64,000 nt of DNA. Source: Chiloscyllium plagiosum. Taxonomy: Eukaryota. The notes under the pieces are model-generated. The model did no database searches, was not told the DNA's origin, and was given only the letters and a program-made list of their open reading frames with translations. Positions 35,265 through 47,849 of this stretch are shown in pieces (within the stretch, counting starts at the first letter, position 1; every line of letters begins with the position of its first letter). Location: assembly GCF_004010195.1 (NCBI RefSeq), contig NC_057753.1:12008570-12072569 (forward strand), given 5' to 3'. The position numbers and the translations under genes are program-made.

Positions 35265-36500
35265 GGACTTTATTCACATCCATTGAATGCATCCTGGATG
35301 TAAATAACAGAACAATCCAACTCCTGCAGTCACTTGAAAACGGCATCACAGGTCGATAGGGTGGTGAAGAAGACATTTGGCACACTTGCCTTCATCATTG
35401 GGCACAGGAGATGGTATGTCAGTGTTATGGCTGTACAAGACATTGGTAAGGCCACATACGGAATACTGTGAATCATTCTGGATGGCCTCTTATAGGAAGC
35501 ATCTTACTAAACTGGAAAGGTTGCAAAAACAATTTACCAGGATGTTTCCAAGACTGGAAGGCTTGAGCTACAAGGAGAGGCTGGGGCTGTTTTCCCTGTA
35601 GCATCGAAAGCTGAGGGGTGACCTCGTCGAGGTTTATAAAATCACGAGGGACATGAATAGGGTGAATGACCAAGGTCTTTTCCTCCAGGGCGGGTGAGGC
35701 CTAAGCTAGAGGGCATAGGTTCAAGGTGAGAGAGGGGAAAGATTTAAAAGGGAACTCGAGGGGTAACCTCTTCACCCAAAGGGTGTGTGGAACAAGCTGC
35801 CAGAGAAAGTGGTGGAGGCGAGTACAATTACAACATTTAAAAGCCAGCTACGTGGATAGGAAGGCTTTAGAGAGATATGGGCCAAGTGCTGGCAAATGGG
35901 ACCAGATCAGTTTAGGATGTCTGGTTGGCATGGACAAGTTGGGCCGAAGGGTCTGTTTCCGCGCTATGACGCATGATTTCAGCAGGTGCGATGACTGAGT
36001 GAATCCTTCCCCACACACGGAACATGGGAGCGGCCTCTCCCTGGCGTGGACCCACTGGTGGGCAGTGAGGTGAGAACGACTGCTTCAAGTGGGCCCCTGC
36101 AGCGGGAGCACCGGAACCAGGCCCGGTGGCTCGCCCACTCGCCGGAACCGTAAAGGCCTTCCCGCAACGTGGGCGTTGAAAGGCCTCTCCCTCGGTGTGA
36201 ACCAGCCCGTGGGCTTCCAGCTCCCTGGGACGTCTGAAACATTTCCCGCAGTCCGAGCATCTGCGTGGTCTCGCTGCGTTGTGCACCCATTGGTGCCTCA
36301 GGGGGTGTGAGGACTGAGCGAAGCCCTTCCCGCAATTGGAGCAGGCGAATGGTCTCTCCCCGGTGCGGGTGTGCCTCTGGACCTTCGGCTCGGGGACGGG
36401 TAGTCGAAGCCGTCCACACAGTCTCCGGCATTTCCACCGTCTCTCCCGGCTGCGGTGTTTGCGTTCCGACAGGCCGGACGGTTGGTCAAAGCCCCCCGCC
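35265..36500 (-). pseudogene. Frameshifted ZNF paralogue interrupted by a CR1 insertion
   Basis: Fingers CSNCGKGFAQSSHPLRHQWVH and CSDCGKCFRRPRELEAHGLVH plus frameshifted remnants at 35975-36490. The family 3' module (caagtgactgcaggagttggatt...aataaa) lies at 35265-35342 on the far side of the CR1 fragment at 35343-35970. Confidence 0.8.
35343..35970 (+). mobile_element. CR1 3' fragment inserted in the ZNF pseudogene
   Basis: LYKTLVRPHTEYC..FW...LERLQKQFTRMFP. Confidence 0.85.
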
Positions 36501-37198
36501 AAATGATCAAAAACAGAATGAGCGATTGGGAAAGACAGAGAGCCCGTTAACATCCAAAGGCGGATTGGGGGAACGGGGTTCGCCTCAATTTGGCCCTTCG
36601 GGAAGCGAAAACCCGGAAGAAGTGACCAGGGTGGTGGGTGTTTGGAACATGTTGCCAGCAGAGGTGGTAGAGGCAAACACGGTAGATTCATTTAAGTTGC
36701 GTCTGGACAGATGCATGAGTAGGTGGGGAGCAAAGAGATACAGATGCTTAGGAATTGACAGGTTTAGACAGTACATTTGGATCGGCTCAGGCTTGGAGGG
36801 CCGAAGGAGAAAGTGAGGACTGCAGATGCTGGAGACCAGAGTTGAAGGAAGAAGATTGCAGGTCAAGAGGGCGGTGCTGAATCCGGGGGTTGGGACTGAG
36901 ATAAGGTGGGGGGAGGGGGAGGGCCGAAGGGCCCGTTCCTGGGCTGTAAATTGTCTTTGTTCTCTTCTTTCTTTATTCCGACTGTCACAGTCCTCCAACT
37001 GAGAAGGAAACTTGCCATCCAGCCTGGCCTCTCGAGGAGGAGAAGGAAGGGAGAGATTGGAGAACGTGACGATGGGACAGGGTGAAAGATGAGAGAGGCT
37101 GGGGGGGGTGGAAGAAGAGGCTTTTCTAAAGAAAAACACTGAAATTATCATTTGGTAATACAGAATTTGTTGAAAAGGATTAAATGTAAACCAAGACT

Positions 37199-37512
37199 TG
37201 CACAGTGGCTCAGTGGTTAGCACTGCTGCCTCACACCCCCAGGGACCCAGGTTTGATTCCACCCTTGGGCGACTGTCTCTGTGCAGTTTTCATCATCCTC
37301 CCTCCCCTCCCCTCCGTGTCTGCGCGGGTTTCCTCCGGGTGCTCTACCATGCAGATTAGGTGTACTGGCCACACTAAACTGCCCCGTAGTGTGTCGGTTA
37401 GGTGAATTGGCCATGGGAAATGCAGGGTTAAAAGGTGGGAGTGGTTGCGTCTGTGTGAGGTGTTCTTCGGAGGGTCGGTGTGGGCTGAATGGCCCACTTT
37501 CACCATGTCGGG
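37199..37512 (+). mobile_element. HE1-type SINE
   Basis: Head, central domain and tail are all recognisable. Confidence 0.78.
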
Positions 37513-38574
37513 ACTCTATAAGTGTCCTCACCCAGAGGGCTGACAGTATTGAGAATTCTCTGTCCGGCGTGGCAATCAGTTGAAGGAAATCTGCTATCCT
37601 AACCCTGCTGACCTGTACATAACTCCAGGCCTATAGAAAGGTGGTTGACCCTTGACCCTCCCTCTGTAAGCATGCAGGAAGACACTCACTTGTACCAGAC
37701 AGAGATGGACTGTGGTGGTTCAAGATGGTGGGCTCACCAACCACCTGAACAAGAACAGAGGTGGATAACGCTGATATCCTCTGGAAAAGTTTCCTTAAAC
37801 ACTCTTATTCTGATTTGCAGCCATTCTCTCAACCCCTGTGACTAAACCAAATCCTGAATGTGCAACATTGTCCCCTTTTGTAACCTGATCATGCACTTGT
37901 TCAGTTTCCAAGATGGTGGCAGTGGAGTAGTTAGCATCCTGAGCCTGTGACTTGTCCACTCTGTGCTCTTTTCTTCCTCTTTTTCCCTTTCTCCTTTTCT
38001 CGTTTTGGCCCTACTTACCACCTGAGGAGAGCTCGATCGATAGGAAGGCCATTTCGATGGGGCCCGGAGCGGTGGCAGCTTCAGAGAAGGCCGTAGCGTT
38101 GTCGGCCCAAGTCCTGGCACAGCAACGTGGCTACAGAGTTGGCCAGCTAGTGAGCCAGGATCATGACTCTGGCGGCGGTATTAGGGAGATGGCTATCGAC
38201 AGCGTTGGACTCGCTTGAAGTTTTTTTTAAAAAAATGATCTTTCGTTTTAGGTTACTCAAAATTACACCGAGGCACGGCAAGATTTTAAACATTTCACTC
38301 AGTTTGATATTAAATACACGTGACAATAAATGATTCAATTCAAATTCATTTTGTGGGCCTGCTGCTTTGCTGTGTGGGGAGACTCACACTGACCGACTCT
38401 GGACAACATTCTTAGCAATCTAAAATATTACAATAGGGGAAGGGAAAGTTAACAATTAAAGAGGAATCTGAACATTGCATAAATCTGAAAGAACTATGCC
38501 ATAACAAACTTTATTATGTATACAAAAATAAGAAACACAATACACACTACAGCCTTAACATTACAGAATATACA

Positions 38575-38840
38575 TCTAGATTAGTACCTCCAGTGTGGTC
38601 ATTTGGCCCAACAAGTCCACACTGACCCTCCGAAGGGTAACCCCCCCAGACCCATTTCCCTCTGACTAATGCACCTAACACTACGGGCAATTTAGCACGG
38701 CCAATTCACCCTGACCTGCACATCTTTGTGACTGTGGAGGAAACGGGAGGAAACCCACACAGACACGGGGAGAACATGCAAACTCCGCACAGACAATCGA
38801 ACCCGGGTCCCTGGTGCTGTGAGGCAGCAGTGCTAACCAC
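38575..38840 (-). mobile_element. HE1-type SINE
   Basis: Reverse complement of HE1 with an (aatct) tail. Confidence 0.82.
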
Positions 38841-39704
38841 TGAGCCACCCGTGCTGCCCCGACATATGGTCTGAATCCAGTTTCACTTTTACATGTCTCC
38901 CCACCCCAGGGGTCCTTCCTTACAAAATCTTGAAGGTTTATCAACCTTTTGTTTTAGGATTCAGGCAAAGTTATGCCACAGCCCTCTGGAATTCATCCCG
39001 ATTTTGCCTCTGTTTTTCAACTTAGGCATCCAGAGCTATTCCCTCTGTGAAGATTTCACTATCTTGATAGATTCACACAGCACAGAAACAGACCCTTCGG
39101 ACCACAATCCCAAACTGAACTAGTCCCACCTGCCTGCGCTTGGCCCATAACTCTCCAAATATTTCTCATTCATGTACTTATCTAAATGTCTTTTAAACAT
39201 TGTAAAATGTACCTGCATCTACCTGGAGATTCATTCCACACATAAACCACGCTCTGTGGAAAAAAATGCCCCTCTTGTCTTTTTTAAATCTTTCTCCTCT
39301 CACCTTAAAAATGCCCCCCAGACTTGAAATCCCCTACCTTAGTGAAAAGACACCTCATCTACCCTTCAAGGTTTTATAAACCTTGATAAGGTCACCCCTC
39401 AACCTCCTAAGCTCCAGTGAAAAAAAGTCCAGTCTGTCCAGCCTCTCTTTGTAACTCAAACCCTCCATTCCTGGTAACATCCCGGTAAATCTTTTCTGGA
39501 CTCTCCTCCAGCTTAGTAATATCCTTCCGATAACAGGGTGACCAGAACTGGACACAGTACTGCAGAAGAGGCCTCACCAACATCCTGTACAACCTGAACA
39601 TAACGTCCTAACTCCGATAGTCAAAGGTGAGAGTAATGAAGGCAAGTGTGCTAAATGCCTTCTTAACCACCCTATCTACATGCGTTGCAAACTTTAAAAC
39701 ATTA

Positions 39705-40108
39705 CCATATATACTCGAATAATAGTCACACTTTTTGGCTAATTTTTAAGGATAAATTTATGGGGTCGACTATTACATGGATACAATTTTTGAGGGGCTG
39801 AAATTCATGCCCATCAAAATGCATACAGTATCATTCGCAGAAGCCCATGAATTGTGGTCATTCTGAAAACCCGGAGCGAAGCACAACAGCCAGCAGACTG
39901 GAAGACCGAGAGGGAACGGAACAGCTGGCAGACTGGAATGCTGGAGCGGAACGTGAAGGTTGGCACACTGACTCATAAACGTTGATCTGTTATCCGTGAA
40001 GAACTAGGGTCGACTTTTACATGAGATGTATGGAAAATTCTGGATTATTTGGCCAGAAATAGGGAGTCGACTTTTACATGAGATCGACTATTACTCGAGT
40101 AAATACAG
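39705..40108. mobile_element. Tc1/mariner-pogo-type MITE
   Basis: TIRs ccatatatactcgaataatagtc and gactattactcgagtaaatacag, flanked by TA on both sides. Internal gtcgactt/attacatg repeats. Confidence 0.8.
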
Positions 40109-40317
40109 TATGTCCCTGAACCGCTAGGTCTCTCTCTGTTATGCAACACTACCCAAGGCCCTGCTTTTAATTGTATAAGTCCTGCCCTTGTTTGTTTTAG
40201 CAAAGTTCAATATCTCCCAATTACCCAAATTGAACTCCATCTGCCCCTCTTGAGCCCATTGACTCTATCGATCAAGATGTTTTTGAAATCTTGTTTTACA
40301 ATTGTGTCCTCCACAAC

Positions 40318-40352
40318 CACCTGATGAAGGAGTGTCGCTCTGAAAGCTAGTG
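40318..40352 (+). ncRNA. Minimal type-I hammerhead ribozyme motif (family B)
   Basis: CAC-CUGAUGA-A-GGAGU(GUC)GCUCU-GAAA-GC-UA-GUG: stem I CAC/GUG, stem II, palindromic AGCU stem III. Confidence 0.6.
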
Positions 40353-40529
40353 CTTCCAATTAAACCTGTTGGACTATAACCTGGTGTTGTGTGATTTTTA
40401 ACTTTGTCCACCCCAGTCCAAAACCGGCATCTCCGAATCATTTGTAATCTTTGATAATCTTGATTTGGAGCTTCCGGTGTTGGACTGGGGAGGACAAAGT
40501 TAAAAATCACACAACACCAGGATATAGCC

Positions 40530-40564
40530 CACCTGATGAAGAAGCAGTACTTCGAAAGCTAGTG
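40530..40564 (+). ncRNA. Minimal hammerhead ribozyme motif (family B, compensatory stem II)
   Basis: CAC-CUGAUGA-A-GAAG(CAGUA)CUUC-GAAA-GC-UA-GUG. Confidence 0.6.
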
Positions 40565-40634
40565 ATTCCAGATAAACCCATTGGACTATAACCTGGTGTC
40601 GTGTGATTTTTAACTTTGATAACTTTCTTCACTG

Positions 40635-40858
40635 CTGAAAATGTGTCGCTGGAAAAGCACAGCAGGTCAGGCAGCATCCAAGGAACAGGAGAATTGACGT
40701 TTCGGGCATAAGCCCTTCTTCAGGAATCCATTCCTGAAGAAGGGCTTATGCCTGAAACGTTGATTCTCCTGTTCCTTGGATGCTGCCTGACCTGCTGCGC
40801 TTTTCCAGCAACACATTTTCCGCTCTGATCTCCAGCATCTGCAGTCCTCACTTTCTCC
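40635..40858. mobile_element. Penelope family A fold-back element with a 19-bp TSD
   Basis: Inverted arms; ttgataactttcttcactg at 40616-40634 and 40859-40877. Confidence 0.85.
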
Positions 40859-41354
40859 TTGATAACTTTCTTCACTGTCCACTATACCGCCAATCTACAA
40901 ACTTAGATTCGATTAGATTCCTTACGATGTGGAAACAGGCCCTTCGGCCCAACCAGTCCACACCGACCCTCTGAAGAGTAACCCACCCAGAACCATTTCC
41001 CTCCTAACACTAACACTAGTGGGCAATTTAGCATGGCTAACCATGCTTTCTATATTCAGAAATGACAAACAGAAGTGGACCCAGCACCAATCCCTGAGGA
41101 ACACCGCTGGTCACGGGTCTCCAGTCCGAAAAACAACCCTCCGCTACTGCCCTCTGTCTCCTGCAGTCAAGCTAATTATGTATCCAATTGGTAAGCTCAC
41201 TCTGAATCCCATGTGATCTAACTTTACTAAATAGTCTTGTGCTAACTGTGAACAGAGCATTTTGTTCCAGTGAGTGGCAACGACAGCTCTTTCCAAACTG
41301 ATGGCTCCATGGGGACTGCTCGAGATTTCCTCCTGTAAACTCAAGCTTGGCAGA

Positions 41355-41987
41355 TGTCGTAGAAATTTGCCCAATAGGTTTGAGATCACAAAGCACAGTT
41401 CGAAGTGAAATTGACAAACAGTTTATTGCAAGCGATATCACTGGAAGAGAAATTGACCCAGGCTGACACAGAACTGACAGTCTGCACAGACAGATCAGAT
41501 TTCTCTCCCTAGGGCTGAGGATAAGACCAGTTTTATAGTAATGCTGCACAATGACACTGATTAAGAAGTGGGAAACTACAATGTTTCTGGAAATGGAGTA
41601 ATTTAGATGCAAGGATGCTAATTGGAAAACGGTTTATCGGATGAATGTCCTGATCCTTCACACAATGCAACATCCTGACAGTATCATGTTCCATTCATCT
41701 TCACAGGAAAGTGTTCAAGTCTTTTCTGAAGTGGTGAGGTGCTTCCATTGTCCTGTAGTGCCTATCTGTCTGTCCTGCTCTTTGTGTGGCTTTGGTATTG
41801 CTGGGTTGTGAAACTGCCCATAGGGCTTTGAGATCTCTGTCATGTCCATGGGCGCTTAAAGCACATTCCATTGTCTGCGTGCCGTCTGACCCAGTTTGTG
41901 AGCTGCTCGGGAATTCTGGGTGTCCTGGTACAATTTGGCCAATTTGCTTTTGTGAGCCTATCGTGGGTTAGCAAATCTTTTCCCACA
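41355..41987 (-). mobile_element. Probable solo LTR
   Basis: TGT...ACA termini flanked by gcaga/gcagg. AATAAA and TATA-like signals on -. Starts TGTGGGA, like the 1384 LTR. Confidence 0.55.
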
Positions 41988-42359
41988 GCAGGTCATCCAG
42001 GTTCTTTCTCCCTGACATATAGTCACCACGCAAGGTATGGAGCTGACTTCTGGGAGAGAAATGAAACAAAAGAAGCTTCTAAACCCCCGCAGCCCATCTC
42101 CATGGCAATGCAGCATGTTTAATAGAAATACATACCGAATATTACTTTACTTTCCAAACACACAATGATTTTTAAACCAAGTGAAGTACAAAACTATATT
42201 TTTACAGTAAGACTCAAACAGCATTGGAAGCAAAGTCATGATTCCGGGCAGTCCGGTTGCAAGGAAGTCTTCCACTTTTCCATTTCACCATTCTCAGAAA
42301 AAAACATGGTTCCTGAACACGGTTAGGGATGGTAATAATATCAGAATCCAACCCTGTAA

Positions 42360-43034
42360 TCACTTGTGAACGCGCTGGTGTTTCTGCAGGCTGCACAACT
42401 GAGTGAAGCCCTTCCCGCACGCGGAGCAGGTGAACGGCCTCTCCCCGGTGTGAACCCGCCGGTGGGTCAGCAAGTTGGATAACTGGGTGAAATCCTTCCC
42501 GCACACAGAGCAGGGGAACGGCCTCTCACCGGTGTGTACCCGCTGGTGCGTCAGCAGATGGGATGAGTCACCGAATCCCTTGCCACACCTGGAGCAGGTG
42601 AAGGGCCGCTCCCCGGTGTGAATTCGCCGGTGCTTCCACAGGTTGGAGGAGTCGGTGAATCCCTGCCCGCACTCCGAGCAAACAAACAGCCTCTCCCCGG
42701 TGTGCACCCGCTGGTGGGTCTGCAGGCTACACAAGCGACTGAAGGCTTTCCCGCACTCGCAGCAGGTGAATGGCCTCTCCCCGCTGTGGACCCGCCGGTG
42801 GGTCTGTAAGTTCCACGAGTGAGTGAAGCCCCTCCCGCACTCGGAGCAGATGAAAGGCCGCTCCCCGGTGTGGACCCGCTGGTGTGTCTGCAGGGTGGAT
42901 GATTTGCTGAATCCCTTCCCACACACAGAGCAGGTGAAGGGTCTCTCCCCGGTGTGACTGCGCCGATGGGCTTCCAGCTCAGATGGGGAACGGAATTCCT
43001 TTGCACAGTCCCCGCATTTCCACGGCTTCCCCAT
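42360..43034 (-). CDS. C2H2 zinc-finger protein, 8 fingers (ZNF-D)
   Basis: ORF 42360-43145 with ATG at 43034 ([10 protein letters not shown]). Eight canonical fingers with TGERPF linkers; ends HK*. Confidence 0.9.
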   Translation of the reverse strand: MGKPWKCGDCAKEFRSPSELEAHRRSHTGERPFTCSVCGKGFSKSSTLQTHQRVHTGERPFICSECGRGFTHSWNLQTHRRVHSGERPFTCCECGKAFSRLCSLQTHQRVHTGERLFVCSECGQGFTDSSNLWKHRRIHTGERPFTCSRCGKGFGDSSHLLTHQRVHTGERPFPCSVCGKDFTQLSNLLTHRRVHTGERPFTCSACGKGFTQLCSLQKHQRVHK

Positions 43035-44489
43035 GGTGCCTTTACAGTTATCTTGGTTGAATAGACAAAGAATACAGTCTCCCTCCACCGTCAATGGCGT
43101 GACGTTTATTCTAACTGTGAAATAAAGTAAAGCTATGGAACACACTCACTTGGATAGGGGGAGGTATGACAGTGTCTTGGTGCTGATCCCCTCACATTGG
43201 TACTTAAATTCTTTCAAAGATGACAGACAGACAAATATTTCTCCTTCAAAAGTCAAAGGCCAATGGCATTCATGAAGCAAGTGGCTCTATCAAATCTGGA
43301 AAGGATGTCTGATTTGAGATTTCTTTCTCCAATTTCGGCCCCAAATTCCAATATCCTGTCGACGGAGATTACAAAAGTTGTTACTGTCAGTACAGTATAG
43401 AAATTCAGAGTTCTAGTTTCTGTGGAACATGCTTTCCTCTCTCTTTCTCCAAGATGTGTCAATCTCCATCCCACACATTCATCTTTCCATTCTCTCACTC
43501 TGCTGTCCCTCGTGTACATCCTCCCCATTCTCCTAAAATTGTTGATTTCCAGTGATTAACTCATTCAAACTCACCTCTTCCTGTCCTGGACACACAGATA
43601 TCACAAGATCATCAGAAATAGGAGCAGGATTAGTTCATGCAATAAAGAGAATATTCCCAGATTTCGCCCTCAGATCCAGAGCCCCACAAATCTCTGTAAT
43701 TCTGAGAAGTAAGTGTTTTCGCTGATACATGTTGTACGAATGATAATTTAGTAAGTGTGAAACTAGAAAGAAATCCTCTGCTGTTTCAGATAAGATTGTG
43801 TGACTCGGAAGGACAGGAGCAGGCCAATCAGCTTGTCAAGCCTGCTCTGACATTTAATACAGAGGCACAGCACGGCCACTCACGCCAAGCAGATATCCTA
43901 ATCTGATCTATTACCATTTGCTAGCATTTGGCCCATATCCCTCTAAACCCTTCCTACTCATGTACCCATCAGATGCCTTTTAAATGCTGTAATTGTACCA
44001 GTCTCCACCACCTCCTCTGGCAGCTTGTTCCATACGTTCGACGTCAAAAAGTTGCCCTTTTAAATCTTTTCCTTCTCATCTTAAACCCTTTGGTTTTGGA
44101 CTCCCCTACCATGGGGAGGGTGGGGGGGGGGGGGGGGGGGAAAGACCTTGGCTATTCACCCTATTCACGCCTCTCATGATGTTATGCACCTCTAATCACA
44201 ACCGATTGAACAAGTCAATGATTTTTCTTTAAAAACCCACAGCATCCACATATCCTGTTTGCAGCATTGGTGATCAGATACCTGTCAATATCTACTCAAT
44301 GCACTGAGCAACCGTAGCCCCCTGTCATTGAAAATTTCAAAGATTTAGAGGAGAAAAAAGATCTCCTGGAGTTCATACCCACATCTACTCTGTGCATCCT
44401 TCAAGTGATTTTAATTAGATCATCTCTGCAGAACAGGAGGAGAATGAAGGGAAGATGCTTCTGTAGGGTGCCATACCCCTCCAATCCGG

Positions 44490-44830
44490 TAGGTGGGGAA
44501 AATCAGCGCGCAGCCGCAGTGCCGCCGGCTCGACCCGTATCTATTTGGAGCGGCAGCCCCTGACGTGAAGGGGGCGGGGCTTCTCGTGAGCCGGCGGCCC
44601 TGGCGGAACCGCAGGCTCCAAGGAAGGGGGCGGGGCGAGAGAGTGGCAGTGGATGGGGGGGGGGCGGGGCGCGTGTGTCCGCGAGCTCTGGAACCCCGCC
44701 GCGCGCCGGGACTCCTTCTCACCCCGCCCATTCATGGCGACCGACCAATGAGAGGCCTCGGAGGACCGGAAGCACCCAGGTCCTCCAACCAATCCGAACC
44801 GCCCTGTTGCCTGAACGCAGCCCTTGGACC
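44490..44830 (-). promoter_or_regulatory. CpG-island promoter (probably of ZNF-D)
   Basis: Several GGGGCGGGG boxes, TGACGT, CCGGAAG and CCAAT. Family motif ATTGGTTGGAGGACC on - at 44779-44793. Confidence 0.72.
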
Positions 44831-45139
44831 TTCTGAAGCTGCTCAGCTCTCTCTTTGAACGGAGATTGAGTTTCACTCCAGACTGAAACCTCCTCCTCTG
44901 TCCAACATCTGGGAGCACAACTGTTCTTCTTCTCTCCACTCTCTGTTTACGTTGTTTGACTGAAAGGGAAAGAAGAGTGAATCCAAGGAGGGTGCAAATT
45001 CTGGGTATATTAACTCAGGACGTTGGCATCCTTTCCTTCCTTAGGTACTCCTGAGCAAAGAGCAAGATCTGGGCTAGTTTAAAAGCAAAACACCGTGGGT
45101 GCTAGAAAGCTGACATAGAACAGTGCTGGAGAACCAGGT

Positions 45140-46700
45140 CGGTAGAGTTGTGGATAGTAACGAAGAATGCTGTAGGTTACAGAGAGACATAGATAAGCTG
45201 CAGAGCTGGGCTGAGAGGTTTCAAATGGAGTTTAATGCAGAGGAGTGCAGAATACTGGGCTAATGGTAAGATTCTTGGTAGTGTAGATGAGCAGAGAGAT
45301 CTCGGTGTCCAGGTACATAGATCCTTGAAAATTCCCATCCAGGTTGACAGGGTTGTTAAGAAGGTATATGGTGTGTTAGCTTTTTTTGGTAGAGGGATTG
45401 AGTTTCAGAACCATGAGATCATGCTGCAGCTGTACAAAACTCTGGTGTGGCCACATTTGGGAATTGCGTACAGTTCTGGTCACTGCACTATTGGAAGGAT
45501 GTGGAAGCTTTGGAAAGGATTCAGAGGAGATGTACAGGAAGGTTGCCTGGTGTGGAGGGAAGGTCTTACGAAGAAAGGCTGATGGACTTGAGGCTGTTTT
45601 CATTAAAGAGAAGGTTGAGAGACGTCTTAATAGAGACATACAAGATAATCAGAGGGTTAGATAGGTTGAACAGTGAGAGCCTTTTTCCTAGCCTTTTTCC
45701 TCGGATGGTGATGGCTAGCACGAGGGGACATAGCTTTAAATTGAGGGGTGATATATATCCAGGTCAGGGGTCAGAGGTAGTTTCTTTACTCAGAGAGTAG
45801 TAGGGGTGTGGAACGCACTGCCTGCAACAGTAGTAGACACGCCAACTATAAAGGCATTTAAATGGTCATTGGATAGGCATGTGGACAAGAGTGGAATAGT
45901 GTAGGTTAGATGGGCTTCAGATTGGTTCCACAGGTCAGGACAACACCGAGGGCCGAAGGGCCTGTAGTGCACTGTAATGTTCTGTGTTCTAAAGGAGTGG
46001 AGCTGAGTCCACGAGAAAGATCAGCCATGATCTCATTGATTGGCAAAGCAGGCCCAAGGGGCCAGATGGCCTACCCCTGCTGTGATTTGTTATGTTTTTA
46101 TAGTATGTTCTCCTGACAAGACTGCGAGAGAGGGAACTCAAGATTGGTGAGTTAGTCCTGCTGTGATTTCTGGTTGCCTTCCTATCGGAAAGACGTGGTG
46201 AAACTTGAAATGGTTCGGAAAAGATTTACAAGGATGTTGCCAGGGTTGGAGGATTTGAACTATAGGGAGAGGTTGAAGACGCTAGGGCTGTTTTCCCTGG
46301 AACTTCGGAGGCTGAGGGGTGACATTTTAGAGGTTCCAAAATCATGAGGGGCATGGATAGGGTAAATTGACAAAGTCTTTCCCCTGGGTGGGGGTGGGGG
46401 GAGTCCAGAACTAGATGGCATAGGTTTAGGGTGGGAGGGGAAAGATATAAAAGAGACCTAAGGGGCAACTTTCACACGCAGAGGGTGGTACGTGTATGGA
46501 ATAAGCTGCCAGAGGAAGTGGTGGAGGCTGGTACAATAGCAACATTTAAAAGACATCTGGATGGGCATAAGAATAGGAAGGGTATGGAGGGATATGGGCC
46601 GGGTGCTGGCAGGTGGGACTAGATTGGGTTGGGATATCTGGTAGGCATGGACCGGTTGGACCGAAGGGTCTGTTTCCTTGCTGTACATCTCTATGACTCT
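45140..46700 (+). mobile_element. CR1 3' fragments (two subfamilies)
   Basis: ILGSVDEQRDLGVQVHRSLK...MLQLYKTLV; second fragment at 46175-46700. Confidence 0.85.
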
Positions 46701-47849
46701 AAGCGCAGGGAATGTTCCAGGAGTTGGCCGATCACTCAGCTTGAAGCAAGCCAGAATTTATCTTGCCCCCACCCCCGAACCAAAGAGGCCAGAGTATGAC
46801 TCTATCTTCTTCTGACAAGATTGCGAGACAGGGAACTCAAGATTGGTGAAGCTGGCATAGCAGGAGAGACAGGGTATGTGATTTACGGAGGGCTTGTGCC
46901 CGAAACCACAATTCTCCTGCTCCTCGGATACTGCCTGTCCTGCTGTGCTTTTCCAGCGTCACACATTTCAGCCATGTGATGTATGGAGCAAGAGAAAGAG
47001 AGCCTGTGATTGGTGGATCAGGAAAACAGGGATAAACGTATATTAGGGACAGCATAGAGAGACTCTATGGGATGGGAGTTTACAACTTTTGATTCTACAA
47101 AATCCTCCTCGCTCATTCATCTCAATTGCAATGAGTGTAGTCCTAGTCTACTCGATCTCTCCTCATAGGGCAACCTTCTCAAGTCTGGAATCATCCTAGT
47201 ACACATCCCCAGTGCCAAAACCTCCTTTCTCAAGTCAAAAGACCGAAACTGTAACACAGTACTCCAGGTGTGGCCTCACCAGCACCCTGTACAGTTGCAG
47301 CTTAACCTCCCTACTTTTAAAACTCCATCCCTGTAACAATGAAAGGCAGTATTCTATTTGCCTTCGTAATTGCCTGCAACTCAACTTTTTGTGATTCTTA
47401 CATGGTATGTGCAGGATAGAGAGAGTAACATAAGGTTCAGAAGGATATGGGCCAAATGCAGGAAAATGGGACTAGTTTAGTTTGGGAAACTTGGATGGGT
47501 TGGACCAAAGGGTCTGTTTCCTGGCTGTCTAATTCTATGACGGCAGCGGTTCTAGAAGGCAGCTCACCAGCACTTTCTCAAGGGGAATTTAATGCTCAAA
47601 ACCTGTGAATAAATGAATAATTTCCGTTTGTGTATGACTCTATGGTATGCATTAAATGTATGTTTTTTTCACTATTCAGTAGTAATGTACATGTAGTGGT
47701 TAGCACTGCTGCCTCAGAGCGCTGGGGACTTGGGTTCGTTTCCACCCTCAGGCAACTGTGTAGAGTTTGCATGTTCGCTTGTCATAATTTGGAGATGCTG
47801 GTATAGGACTGGGGTGCACAAAGTTAAAAATCACACAACCCCCTCAAAC

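Larger units (their letters stand above)
39065..41240 (-). mobile_element. CR1 fragment carrying nested MITE, Penelope and SINE-tail insertions
   Basis: CR1 sequence resumes colinearly after each insert (LYRMLVRPLLQYCVQFWSP). Confidence 0.75.
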
